A DNA stretch of 24,784 nt from a virus (Duplodnaviria > Caudoviricetes): positions 1 through 24,784 of the IMG/VR virus record IMGVR_UViG_3300037479_000127. The stretch is one strand, 5' to 3'. Position 1 is the first letter of the stretch; each line of letters opens with the position of its first letter. Under the pieces are notes generated by a model. The model did no database searches. It worked only from the letters and a program-made list of their open reading frames with translations, and had not been told where the DNA came from. A program made the translations under genes and the position numbers. Shown piece after piece: positions 15,453 to 23,974 of the stretch.

Positions 15453-16136
15453 ATGTGGACCCCGCTCTCTGAAACCCATGAAGAGGGCACCGACCTCTTC
15501 GCACCGACACTCCCCTCCGAGCGCGAAGCGACCCTCGGTCCGCGCCCCGATGGCCTCCGCCCGCGCGAGTACATGGTGCTCGGCAAGGTCTTCGAGGGGA
15601 AGAAGGTCGCGCAGATCGCCGCGGAGATGGGCGTCTCGACAGCGACGGTCTCGACCATCCTCGGCAAACCGCAATTCAAAGCAGCGGTGCAGATGGTCGA
15701 GGCAGCGATTGTCGAGCGGATTGCGCGGGGGGAGTTCGGCGTGCTGGCGATTGCGAAGGCGAACGCAAACGGCGCGATTCGTCGGGTGGTCGGACTGTCG
15801 AAGCTCAGCCAGGATGACCGGGTGCGGTTGAATGCCAACCTCAAGCTCATTGAATTGGCGGGCATCAGGCCACCTGCGCCGCAGGTCGTCGAGAGCAAGG
15901 AGCGTCTGATTGACGCGATGACGGCTGAGGAGGCAAGGGAATTCGCGGCGACGGGTCTCTTCCCTGCACGTTTCCGGGACCAGCTCGCTCGCCTGGCGGT
16001 GAGTGTGGTCGAAGAACACGAGAAGCGGCGGTGGCAGCCCAAGGTTGAGATGCAGGCCGGGGAAGTGATAGGACAGGAACCAGCGCGGGAGATGCCGGCC
16101 GAGGTGGTGGCGGAGGACGAGAAGGAGGACCGTTGA
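15453..16136 (+). CDS. HTH protein, probable terminase small subunit
   Basis: HTH GKKVAQIAAEMGVSTATVSTIL and a TerS-like segment DDRVRLNANLKLIELAG. AAGGAG RBS. Lies upstream of TerL. Confidence 0.65.
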   Translation: MWTPLSETHEEGTDLFAPTLPSEREATLGPRPDGLRPREYMVLGKVFEGKKVAQIAAEMGVSTATVSTILGKPQFKAAVQMVEAAIVERIARGEFGVLAIAKANANGAIRRVVGLSKLSQDDRVRLNANLKLIELAGIRPPAPQVVESKERLIDAMTAEEAREFAATGLFPARFRDQLARLAVSVVEEHEKRRWQPKVEMQAGEVIGQEPAREMPAEVVAEDEKEDR

Positions 16137-16285
16137 TGGTGGACTATGGCTACGACGACGAGGACGTGTACGAGTGGATGGACAGGCAACCCATCTACCC
16201 CATCTCCCCCGACTGCAACCGCGAGGAGCATCGCCGATGCGCCGACGACGAGTGCCGGTGCGGATGCCATGACGACGGACCGTGA
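16136..16285 (+). CDS. 49-aa acidic CxCxCH protein
   Basis: TGATG overlap. MVDYGYDDEDVYEW...DCNREEHRRCADDECRCGCHDDGP. Confidence 0.55.
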   Translation: MVDYGYDDEDVYEWMDRQPIYPISPDCNREEHRRCADDECRCGCHDDGP

Positions 16286-16389
16286 GGGTGCTCCCCGCTG
16301 AGGACGACGTGGAGAGTATCGAGGAGGTGGAGGTGTTTCCGCCACACACGCCCACATCATCCTCATGAGTCCTGCGGAAAGGAGACCCC

Positions 16390-16728
16390 ATGGCATTCGA
16401 CCGACAAGACGACCGTTTTCTCTACCAGGTGCTTCTCGACAACGCGGTGGCTACCACGGATGGTTCGTGGGTGTCGCTCGCAGGACGACATCCCGTCACC
16501 GTCAGTATTGAGGGGACGTTCGTGGGCAGTGTCCAGGTGCTCGTGTCGAACAACCCTCGACAACCCCTCGACAGCTTCAACGACGTGCCGGTGTTTGGCG
16601 GTCTCACCCACACCGCGCCCGCCGCCATGACCGTCGATGCGGCCTACCAGTGGATCAAGGTCCGCGTGTCGGCCTATACGTCGGGCAGCATCTCGGCGTT
16701 CATGCTCGGAGGGCCGGGACCGTGGTAG
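16390..16728 (+). CDS. Small beta-sandwich virion-type protein
   Basis: AAAGGAG RBS. The VSIEGTFVGSVQVLVSN...WIKVRVSAYTSG pattern resembles the protein at 23975-24379. Confidence 0.7.
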   Translation: MAFDRQDDRFLYQVLLDNAVATTDGSWVSLAGRHPVTVSIEGTFVGSVQVLVSNNPRQPLDSFNDVPVFGGLTHTAPAAMTVDAAYQWIKVRVSAYTSGSISAFMLGGPGPW

Positions 16729-18599
16729 CACGCACGCTGCTCCTGCTTCTCCTCCTCGCGCTGCCGGCCCACGCCCAGATCATCCACGAGGCGGGGCGCC
16801 ACGTCTGGCCCTTCGGTCAGATGCAGATTGGCCCGGTGGCGTTCGCGAGTCTCGGCACGACGTGCGCGAGTGGGAATCAGACCTATTGCCCCGATTGCTC
16901 CGTGGGCACTCCCTGCACCGGCGGAGGCTCGGGCGCCTATGCCTCCTGTGTTGGGGGATCGTGGACGTGCATGGCCGGAACGCCCGCCGGCACGGTCGAT
17001 GTCAAAGCCTTTGGTGCTCGGGGAGACGGCACGACCGACGACACCCTCGCCGTGCGTGCTGCGATCACGGCCGGCGCCGGGAAGATCGTCTTCTTCCCTC
17101 CCGGCACCTACCTCATGCGGCCCAACCCCAACAGCGTCACGATGCAGGTGGTGGAGAGTGGGACGCTCATCGTAGGCATCCCCGGCTCGTCCATCCTCAA
17201 GATGGGCGACGGGGCGATGTCCCTGGGGAACCCCGGTCAGCTCCTCGGGAACGTCAACACCGCCGGTGGTCGGGTCGATATCACCGTGCGCGGCATGACG
17301 TTCGATTGTAATGCTCGCGGGAACCCAGGCGCACTCTCGGCCGGTTTCGACGCCTCGACGTTCGCGCCGCAGTGCATCTCCATCGCGCGGTTGACCAACT
17401 TCGTCTTCGACGCCAACCAAATCCTCGACGCGAAGTACGCCGCCCTGACCATCGCGGCGAGCAGCAATTCGATGTTCTTCAACAACCTCGTGTATCGAAG
17501 TGGGCAGGGGTACTGTGACGAGGTGGCCGACAAGCCGTGCGACACGGGAGCGGACTGCACCGGGTCGTGCGTCAAGCCGAATGGAGACGGGATCACGGTC
17601 TTCGGCAGTACGAATACGCTCGTGCAGGGCAATCAGTTCATCAACACCGGAGAAGGGACCTTCTGCCAGCATTCCCTCTCCACCCCCTTCGCAGCCAATC
17701 GAATCTGCAACGTCGTGGGAAATACGGTCGCGTACTACGACGCGAGCGAGATTTGCACGGGGAGCGGAAAGCCCTTTGCGTGCTGCACGGGAGCCCGGAC
17801 GGGCAACGGGGCCTTCGGGACGGTTGGAAACAGCTTGTGCGTCAAAGGGCAGGCGCTCGGAAGCTCCCTTGGCATCCTCGCCAACTTCGGAACCATCGTA
17901 GACAACACGATCCGCAACGGGAACCAAATCAGCGTGCAGGCCCTCGCGGCGAGCACCGACTTCCCGACGACGGACATCACCGTCGCCAATAATGTGAGTG
18001 TGGGAGAACTGGCCGCTTCCGGTCCGGGTGGGTGCATCATTCTCCTGGCGAACATCACCTCGACAACGGCTCTCAAGAACATCACGGTTCGGGGGAACCG
18101 ATGTGATACGACGGAGGTGGCGGGAGTGATGCTGCGAAGCACCAATGCGGCGGGCACCGTGACGATGGAAGATGTCGTCGTGGCCGAGAATGACCTGACG
18201 AAGGTCTGCCAGAACCTCGTGGACTGCGCCGGGATCTACGTGGACAAGCTCGGGGCCGGTGCCCTCGCCCTCAATCGACTTCGCATCTCCCGGAACAACC
18301 TCTTCGACTCTCCGCAGGATGGCGTCAAGATGGAGGGGACCTTGACCGACGTGGTCCTCATGGACAACGACCTCGACACGATCACGGGGGCCAAGTACAA
18401 CTTCACGGCTTCGGCGTCGGTCTTCGTGAGCGACTTCAGCTCGGGGCTCGTCTTCAACGACCTGAATGCAGCCTCCTTCGCCACCGCGACCAACGGCTCG
18501 ACGGTCTACTGCTCCGATTGCACCATCACGAATCCGTGTGCCGGGGCGGGGACGGGAGCCATCGCCAAGCGTCTCAATGGAGTGTGGGTGTGCAACTAG
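16722..18599 (+). CDS. Right-handed beta-helix (pectate lyase 3-like) tailspike/depolymerase-like protein with signal peptide
   Basis: VDVKAFGARGDGTTDDT...VFFPPGTY motif and N/G-rich beta-helix repeats. GTG 16722 has a GGAGG RBS and gives MVARTLLLLLLLALPAHA-Q. Confidence 0.8.
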   Translation: MVARTLLLLLLLALPAHAQIIHEAGRHVWPFGQMQIGPVAFASLGTTCASGNQTYCPDCSVGTPCTGGGSGAYASCVGGSWTCMAGTPAGTVDVKAFGARGDGTTDDTLAVRAAITAGAGKIVFFPPGTYLMRPNPNSVTMQVVESGTLIVGIPGSSILKMGDGAMSLGNPGQLLGNVNTAGGRVDITVRGMTFDCNARGNPGALSAGFDASTFAPQCISIARLTNFVFDANQILDAKYAALTIAASSNSMFFNNLVYRSGQGYCDEVADKPCDTGADCTGSCVKPNGDGITVFGSTNTLVQGNQFINTGEGTFCQHSLSTPFAANRICNVVGNTVAYYDASEICTGSGKPFACCTGARTGNGAFGTVGNSLCVKGQALGSSLGILANFGTIVDNTIRNGNQISVQALAASTDFPTTDITVANNVSVGELAASGPGGCIILLANITSTTALKNITVRGNRCDTTEVAGVMLRSTNAAGTVTMEDVVVAENDLTKVCQNLVDCAGIYVDKLGAGALALNRLRISRNNLFDSPQDGVKMEGTLTDVVLMDNDLDTITGAKYNFTASASVFVSDFSSGLVFNDLNAASFATATNGSTVYCSDCTITNPCAGAGTGAIAKRLNGVWVCN

Positions 18600-19369
18600 A
18601 GAAGCCAGCGGGCCTGCGTCTCGACCTCCCTGTCGAAGCGGAACAGCATCTCCGCGCGACCGCCCGCCTGCGCGCCCTACGTGCCGAGAACGAAGCGCGC
18701 TTCGGGCAGCATCCCTGGCCCTTCCTCTGCGATGCGGTCTACACCCTCGATCCCTTCGCCCGGCAGGAGAAGGGAGGAGGGATACGGAAGTACCCAGGAG
18801 CGACGACGCGCGACCCGGCTCCGCACTGCTCCTGTGTCGAAGGCGGATGCGTCAACTACCTGCATCACATCGTCAACATGTGGTACACGTACCCGCGCAC
18901 CGTCTGGCCGAAGTCGCGCCGTCTCCTCACCTCCTGGACCATGATCGCACTCCATGTGTGGCTCGCTCGCTATCGGCCGGCGCAGATGATTGCCTTCGTG
19001 AGTCAGAAGCAAGGGCAGAATGAGGATGAAGGAGCCGCCGAGCTGGTGAAGCGCGCCCGCTTCATCGAAGACCACCTGCCGGTCGAGGTGCAGCCGCGCG
19101 AGACCCATCGAACGTGGTGCCGGATCTACTATCCGCACAACGGGAGCACGATTCTCGGCATTGCCCAGGGACAGAACCAGCTCCGGCAGCTCGCCATTAC
19201 GGCGTGGTTCGCGGACGAGTTCGCCTTTTGGGAGCGCGCAGGCGAAACCTACGCGGCCAGTATCCCGGCACTGGAAGGAGGAGGGAGGGTCGCGCTCGTC
19301 TCGACAGCAAACCCAGGCTTCATGAAGCAACTGGTGTACGATCAGTGGCATGTGGGGGGAAAATGCTAG
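18590..19369 (+). CDS. terL: Terminase large subunit, N-terminal ATPase part
   Basis: Walker A variant PKSRRLLTSW, Walker B AWFADEFAF and coupling motif VSTAN. GTG 18590 has a GGAG RBS. Confidence 0.85.
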   Translation: MQLEKPAGLRLDLPVEAEQHLRATARLRALRAENEARFGQHPWPFLCDAVYTLDPFARQEKGGGIRKYPGATTRDPAPHCSCVEGGCVNYLHHIVNMWYTYPRTVWPKSRRLLTSWTMIALHVWLARYRPAQMIAFVSQKQGQNEDEGAAELVKRARFIEDHLPVEVQPRETHRTWCRIYYPHNGSTILGIAQGQNQLRQLAITAWFADEFAFWERAGETYAASIPALEGGGRVALVSTANPGFMKQLVYDQWHVGGKC

Positions 19370-19710
19370 TCAAAACACCACCGATGTTCCACACGGCGTC
19401 GGCGGTCGAGCTGCGAGAGCGTGTACGGACCACGCTGCGTGAACGCGCCGCCGCTCGCGCCGCCGCTCGCACGATGCGACCGCCCGAGCCGCCTCCTCGG
19501 TACGATGACGTGTTTCTGGAGGGGCAGGCGTGGCTTGATGCGCTGGCCGAGGAGGAAACTTGCCTTCTCAGCCACATGCGTATGTTGCAAGAGAAACTCG
19601 ACCTCGGCCTCTACGGCTTCGAGCGATTTTGGATGCAGGTTGCCATCGCCGTGCTCTTCTCGGGTCTACCGGCGAATCATGTGCTTTTCCAAGACTCCCT
19701 CTACCCATGA
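19363..19710 (+). CDS. Hypothetical protein
   Basis: The ATG overlaps the TerL-N end, and the stop has an ATGA overlap with the next gene. Confidence 0.6.
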   Translation: MLVKTPPMFHTASAVELRERVRTTLRERAAARAAARTMRPPEPPPRYDDVFLEGQAWLDALAEEETCLLSHMRMLQEKLDLGLYGFERFWMQVAIAVLFSGLPANHVLFQDSLYP

Positions 19711-20009
19711 AAACTCACCTCTCCTCGACCTCGGAGCAAGTTGGACGGTGGACCGCACCGAAGGACGAGGTGCGTCCTGTTCCACCCGTCGCACCCATCG
19801 GCCGTCTGCACGATGGCGAGGCGGTCTTCGTCGGGCAGTGGCAAGCCGATACCCCCCGTGCGGTGCTCCTCTATCTTTTCGAGCCTGGCTGTCTCGTGTG
19901 GATTCCCTGGACCATGTTCCGCAGCGACGACGTGCAAATGCCTGGGGAGGCTGGGCGCTTCGTGGCGTCTGCTCGCTGGATGCAGAGGAAGCTCGATGTC
20001 TATGCCTAG
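19707..20009 (+). CDS. Hypothetical small beta-barrel-like protein
   Basis: DTPRAVLL...VWIPW...W pattern. ATGA overlap. Confidence 0.6.
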   Translation: MKTHLSSTSEQVGRWTAPKDEVRPVPPVAPIGRLHDGEAVFVGQWQADTPRAVLLYLFEPGCLVWIPWTMFRSDDVQMPGEAGRFVASARWMQRKLDVYA

Positions 20010-20166
20010 CAACAACAGTCGTGCCGATGACTTCTGCCCTCGCTGCGGCGATCTCGTGCTCATTGTGGATGTGCGAGGTATCCCATGGCTTCTCTGCGAG
20101 GCGTGCGCGGTGGTGGCTCGGCAACGCCCTCGCCCCGTGAATCCCGCCCGTGCTTCCGGCCGCTAG
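19996..20166 (+). CDS. Zinc-ribbon protein
   Basis: FCPRCG...LLCEAC. GAGGAAG RBS. Confidence 0.6.
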   Translation: MSMPSNNSRADDFCPRCGDLVLIVDVRGIPWLLCEACAVVARQRPRPVNPARASGR

Positions 20167-20175
20167 CTGCCCCTC

Positions 20176-20204
20176 TTGCTCCCTGTCCCTCTCCGTGCTA
20201 GCCT
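20176..20204 (+). promoter_or_regulatory. Candidate sigma70-type promoter
   Basis: TTGCTC, a 17-nt spacer, then TAGCCT with an extended -10 TG. It lies in the only sizeable intergenic gap between the TerL halves and is followed by an AAGGAGG RBS. Confidence 0.5.
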
Positions 20205-20225
20205 CCCAGGCAACAAGGAGGCTTT

Positions 20226-20561
20226 ATGCCAGCAACCATCTCCTCGTCCGGCACCTTCACCAATCTCTCGACCGTGCTGGATGCTGCGCGCTCCAACGCG
20301 ATTGGGAACGAGCCTCGGCTCGAAGGTGCGAAGGACCTCTTCGCCGGTGGTCTCGGCATCAACCTCGAAGTGCTCAAGACGATGGAGGGGGTTCAGCTCG
20401 ACGAGCTGCGTCAATTCATCCAGCTCGTCGCAAACGCCTACGGGCTCCTCTTCTGGCCTGCCGCTCACCTCGTCTACATCCTGCTCAAAGCCTACATCCA
20501 GACCAAGAGCGACACCGTACTCGGGGACGAGCGCGGCACTCGCCTCTACGTGCAGTCCTAG
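20226..20561 (+). CDS. Hypothetical protein, paralog 1
   Basis: AAGGAGG RBS. MPATISSSGTFTNL... Confidence 0.75.
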   Translation: MPATISSSGTFTNLSTVLDAARSNAIGNEPRLEGAKDLFAGGLGINLEVLKTMEGVQLDELRQFIQLVANAYGLLFWPAAHLVYILLKAYIQTKSDTVLGDERGTRLYVQS

Positions 20562-20570
20562 GAGGATTCC

Positions 20571-20894
20571 ATGCCAGCTATCATCACTGCCACCGGCACC
20601 TTCTCCGGTCTCGACAATCAGAACCCCGAGAGCCAGGCCCCCGGTGCTGAGGTCAACGAAGTCATCTCGACCCACCGGGATACCGTCGAACAGCGATTCC
20701 AGCCTCGCGCGCTCGACATCGTCAACTCCTTCCCGCGTGACTTCGATGGCTTGCAGGAGGTGATGCAATTCGTCGGCATCTTCGCCCAGGCGTACAGCAT
20801 CTCCAGCCCCGCGGCCGTCCATCGCATCAAGAACATCCTCGAAGCCTTCCAGCAGACGCTCGAATTGACGGAGCAGCGGGTCTACACACCGTAG
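20571..20894 (+). CDS. Hypothetical protein, paralog 2
   Basis: AGGAGG RBS. MPAIITATGTFSGL... Confidence 0.75.
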   Translation: MPAIITATGTFSGLDNQNPESQAPGAEVNEVISTHRDTVEQRFQPRALDIVNSFPRDFDGLQEVMQFVGIFAQAYSISSPAAVHRIKNILEAFQQTLELTEQRVYTP

Positions 20895-20900
20895 TGGACC

Positions 20901-21869
20901 ATGGAGCCTCTCCCGCGCACCCCGCGCCGCGGGATCGAGCAGTGGCAGAACCCGCGTAACGGCCTCGTCGTCGTCCAGCTCCACTACACCGCCGACGCTC
21001 GCAAGACCTCCCCCGAGTGGAAGTCCCAGGCGTCGGCCAACATGCACCCTCGCGATTGGCGCCGCGAGTACGAGATTGACTGGACGGCGGCGAAGGGCGA
21101 GCCCGTGGTGCCCGAGTACCAAGAAGCGAAGCACTGTCGAGTCTTTCCCTGGGACCCTTCCCTTCGCCTACTCCGCTTCTGGGATTTCGGCTACGTCTCC
21201 CCCGTCTGCCTCTTCGCCCAACTGACTCATTTCGGCCAGTTGCGTGTGCGCCGCGAGCTGGCCCCATTCAACACTCCCCTCAACCAACTGCTCGACGCCG
21301 TGGAATCGGTGACCGTGGAACTGGGCGGTCGAGACGCGCTCCTCGCCCAGCGCGATGCGTGGGATGCTGGCGGCAAGGATGTCGAGGAGCGCCCAACGGC
21401 GTTCGACGCTGGGGACCCGGCAGCAGAGAATCAGACCGACCTCGGGTCGAGTGCAGAGGTCCTGGGTGCTCGGGGTCTCATTCTCCACACCACACGGCCT
21501 GGGACCGAGGTCTCCTATGCAAACCTTCGCGCCCGCTTCTTGCGCGACGTGATGGAGCCGGGGGTTGGACCGCAACCCGCCGTTCTCATCCACCCCGAAT
21601 GCCCTTCCCTTCGCGCCGCTCTTGCCGGCGCCTTCTACCTCAACCCTCTTCCGCCCTATCGTCCCGTGAAGACCCACCCCGAGAAAGACCTGGTGGATGC
21701 ACTCCGGTATGGGGAGGACAACCTCCGCGCTCTCATCCCGTCCCAGGACGCTCGCTGGAAGCAGATGGCTGTGCTCGACCAACGCGAGATGCGGTCGGCG
21801 CCGGTCCCCGCGGACGAGTGGGCTGCACATCAGCGGGCCATGTGGGAGAACATCGTGGGAGGGATGTAG
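20901..21869 (+). CDS. terL: Terminase large subunit, C-terminal part (lid and RNase H-fold nuclease)
   Basis: LHYTAD...WRREYEIDW, RFWDFGY, GDPAA and DLVDALRYG motifs. Confidence 0.85.
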   Translation: MEPLPRTPRRGIEQWQNPRNGLVVVQLHYTADARKTSPEWKSQASANMHPRDWRREYEIDWTAAKGEPVVPEYQEAKHCRVFPWDPSLRLLRFWDFGYVSPVCLFAQLTHFGQLRVRRELAPFNTPLNQLLDAVESVTVELGGRDALLAQRDAWDAGGKDVEERPTAFDAGDPAAENQTDLGSSAEVLGARGLILHTTRPGTEVSYANLRARFLRDVMEPGVGPQPAVLIHPECPSLRAALAGAFYLNPLPPYRPVKTHPEKDLVDALRYGEDNLRALIPSQDARWKQMAVLDQREMRSAPVPADEWAAHQRAMWENIVGGM

Positions 21870-21871
21870 AC

Positions 21872-22297
21872 ATGAAGCGCAGTCGCCTCCACGCTCAGTT
21901 GCGCCGGCATGAGGGCTGGAAGTTGAAGCCCTACCGAGATACTACAGGCAAACTGACAATCGGCTGCGGGCGCAATCTCGATGATGTGGGGCTGAGTGAT
22001 GACGAGGTGCAGTTGCTCCTCGATCATGACATTACCCGCGTCTGGCAGGAGTGTGTTGCCAACATCGAGGGCTTCGGGGCACTGGACGACGTTCGACAGC
22101 ACGTCCTCCTCGACATGTGTTTCAACCTGGGTCTGTCACGGCTTCTCCACTTCGTGAAGCTGCTCGCTGCGGTCGCCCGTCGCGACTTTGACGACGCAGC
22201 GCGTGAGATGCTCGACAGTCGGTGGGCAACGCAAGTCGGGGACCGCGCACAGACCCTTGCACAGATGATGCGGACAGGCGTAGAGTCTCCGGCATGA
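21872..22297 (+). CDS. Endolysin, T4-type lysozyme (GH24)
   Basis: HEG...PYRDTTGKLTIGCGRNL (E-D-T triad), DMCFNLG and EMLDSRWATQVGDRA. Confidence 0.92.
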   Translation: MKRSRLHAQLRRHEGWKLKPYRDTTGKLTIGCGRNLDDVGLSDDEVQLLLDHDITRVWQECVANIEGFGALDDVRQHVLLDMCFNLGLSRLLHFVKLLAAVARRDFDDAAREMLDSRWATQVGDRAQTLAQMMRTGVESPA

Positions 22298-22509
22298 ACC
22301 CGCTCGAACTGTGGCGCGCGTGGCGCCTCTGGGGAAAGGTGAAAACCATGGACAAGAAGGCTCTCATCAAGCTCGGCGTCGCCGCCGTCGTCGCCGCGGT
22401 TTCAGCCGCGGGTGCCCAATTCACGACCTCCGATGTCGTCAATTGGTCGGCGGTCCTCTCAGCCGTCATCACGACGGTCGTCGCCTACGTGCAGAAGCCT
22501 CCGCAGTAG
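22294..22509 (+). CDS. Putative holin
   Basis: Two hydrophobic segments. ATGA overlap with the lysozyme. A second in-frame Met is at 22348. Confidence 0.6.
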   Translation: MNPLELWRAWRLWGKVKTMDKKALIKLGVAAVVAAVSAAGAQFTTSDVVNWSAVLSAVITTVVAYVQKPPQ

Positions 22510-22512
22510 TCG

Positions 22513-22737
22513 GTGTTCACCGAGCAGCTCGTTTCCACCCTCCTCGTCGGCATCGCGACGGGGGTTGGTGCTCTCGTCGGCGTCGTCTGGCGTCTGGGTA
22601 CGCAGGTCGCGCGGCAGAACGGAAACGTAGCCATGCTCCTGTCAGACCTGCGGGAACACAAGACGCAAGATCGAGAGGATTTCCTGCGTCTCCACCAACG
22701 CCTGGATGACCTCTCGACACCTGCCCGAGGCGTGTGA
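22513..22737 (+). CDS. Membrane protein (TM plus coiled coil), holin/antiholin-like
   Basis: N-terminal TM followed by ...EDFLRLHQRLDDL. Lies in the lysis cassette. Confidence 0.6.
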   Translation: MFTEQLVSTLLVGIATGVGALVGVVWRLGTQVARQNGNVAMLLSDLREHKTQDREDFLRLHQRLDDLSTPARGV

Positions 22738-22769
22738 TAGGCTCCAGGGCGAAAGAAGGAGGACTCTCC

Positions 22770-23195
22770 ATGCTGCGATGTCTCGCTTCCCTGCTGGCAG
22801 CCTTGCTCGCAACGTCCGCGCTGGCCGGCACACCTCGCCACAACTTCAACTACTCCAACGATGCGGAGCAGAACTCCAACCTTGACAAGGTGGACACGAA
22901 GCTTCCTACCGGCAACGTCGTTACCAGTTTCCGCCACAACGGGAACGGGACGACCCTCGACTTCGCCTCGGCAGCGGCCAACACATGCTCGACGGACCTG
23001 ACCGTCGCGATCACTGGTGCAGCCCTGGGCGACGTGTGCAGTGTCGGCGTGCCCAACGGCTCTGTCAACACGGGCTCATCCTTCACCTGCTGGGTCTCGG
23101 CCGCCAACACGGTTTCGGTCCGCCATTGCAACACGTCGGCCGCTGCCAACGACCCGGCCTCCGGCACCTTCAAGGTGCTCGTCGAGCAGCAGTAG
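22770..23195 (+). CDS. Signal-peptide-bearing fibre/decoration-type beta-sandwich protein
   Basis: AAGGAGG RBS. MLRCLASLLAALLATSALA-G, then LDFASAAA...GAALGD...WVSAANTVSVR...DPASGTFKV. Confidence 0.7.
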   Translation: MLRCLASLLAALLATSALAGTPRHNFNYSNDAEQNSNLDKVDTKLPTGNVVTSFRHNGNGTTLDFASAAANTCSTDLTVAITGAALGDVCSVGVPNGSVNTGSSFTCWVSAANTVSVRHCNTSAAANDPASGTFKVLVEQQ

Positions 23196-23207
23196 GAGGA
23201 GGAGAGC

Positions 23208-23627
23208 ATGCTATCGCGTCTTCTGCCTACCATTGCAGGCTGTCTTCTCCTGAGTTGGACCCTCGCGGAGGCCCAGCAACGCTGCTTCCCTGAAATCACC
23301 TGCCGCGTCACCGCTCCTCCTTCGACCGAGACCATCGCAGCCGGTGCGACCATCACGGCCGACGCATGTGGGAGCGTGAAGAACGTCACCGCCTCCGCTC
23401 CGGTCACGACGAGCACCACCAACACCTTCTCCGCTCCGGAGACGGGCAGTGCCGGATGCGTGATGACGGTTTGCAACCAGGGTACCAACACCATCACCCT
23501 CGACTCCAACGCCAACTTTCCAGGAAGCGGTGCCGCGAACGTCGCTCTCACGGCCGATGACTGTGTGGTCGTGGCGCAGACCGGCACCCGCTGGATGCAG
23601 GCGTCGGCCGTCCTCTCCAACAACTAG
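23208..23627 (+). CDS. Signal-peptide-bearing Cys/Thr-rich fibre-tip-like protein
   Basis: GGAGGAGGAG RBS. MLSRLLPTIAGCLLLSWTLAEA-Q, then G..MTVCNQGTNTITL...LTADD...GTRW. Confidence 0.7.
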   Translation: MLSRLLPTIAGCLLLSWTLAEAQQRCFPEITCRVTAPPSTETIAAGATITADACGSVKNVTASAPVTTSTTNTFSAPETGSAGCVMTVCNQGTNTITLDSNANFPGSGAANVALTADDCVVVAQTGTRWMQASAVLSNN

Positions 23628-23632
23628 AGTCC

Positions 23633-23839
23633 ATGCCTGGGATCGAAGCCACGATGCGCGAGTTCAAGAAGGGCTCGTTGCACTCAGGAAAGCCTGGCAA
23701 GGGGAAGGGGAAGAAGGTCAAGACGCGCGCACAAGCCATCGCGATTGGGCTCTCGCAGGAGCGCAAGATGGGCAAGAAGGTGAAGCCACCTCCGCGTGGG
23801 TCTGCTGCCTACCGTCGTGAGATGGCGAAGAGGTACTGA
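23633..23839 (+). CDS. DUF6496-like small basic protein
   Basis: MREFKKGSLHSG...KKVKTRAQAIAIGLSQER. Confidence 0.8.
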   Translation: MPGIEATMREFKKGSLHSGKPGKGKGKKVKTRAQAIAIGLSQERKMGKKVKPPPRGSAAYRREMAKRY

Positions 23840-23973
23840 TGGGACACACCTACAAGGAGATGAAGTACCAGGGGAAGAAGGGCGGGAAAGTGAAGGACCG
23901 GAAGATGCTCATGCGGATGACCGGCACGCGCGGCGAGAAGATGCGCCACCGCGAGATGATGAAGAGGGGGTAG
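23839..23973 (+). CDS. 44-aa Lys/Arg/Met-rich basic protein
   Basis: TGATG overlap. MGHTYKEMKYQGKKGGKVKDRKMLMRMTGTRGEKMRHREMMKRG. Confidence 0.55.
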   Translation: MGHTYKEMKYQGKKGGKVKDRKMLMRMTGTRGEKMRHREMMKRG

Positions 23974-23974
23974 G

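Noticed and set aside
19370-20900. Intron, intein or transposon interrupting terL
   Set aside because: No homing endonuclease, reverse transcriptase, transposase, intein terminal residues or terminal repeats were recognised. A covariance search is still needed to exclude an intron fully.
14982-21830. Long minus-strand ORFs across the right arm (e.g. 14982-16391, 16674-17927, 20163-21134)
   Set aside because: These are antisense shadows of well-supported plus-strand genes.
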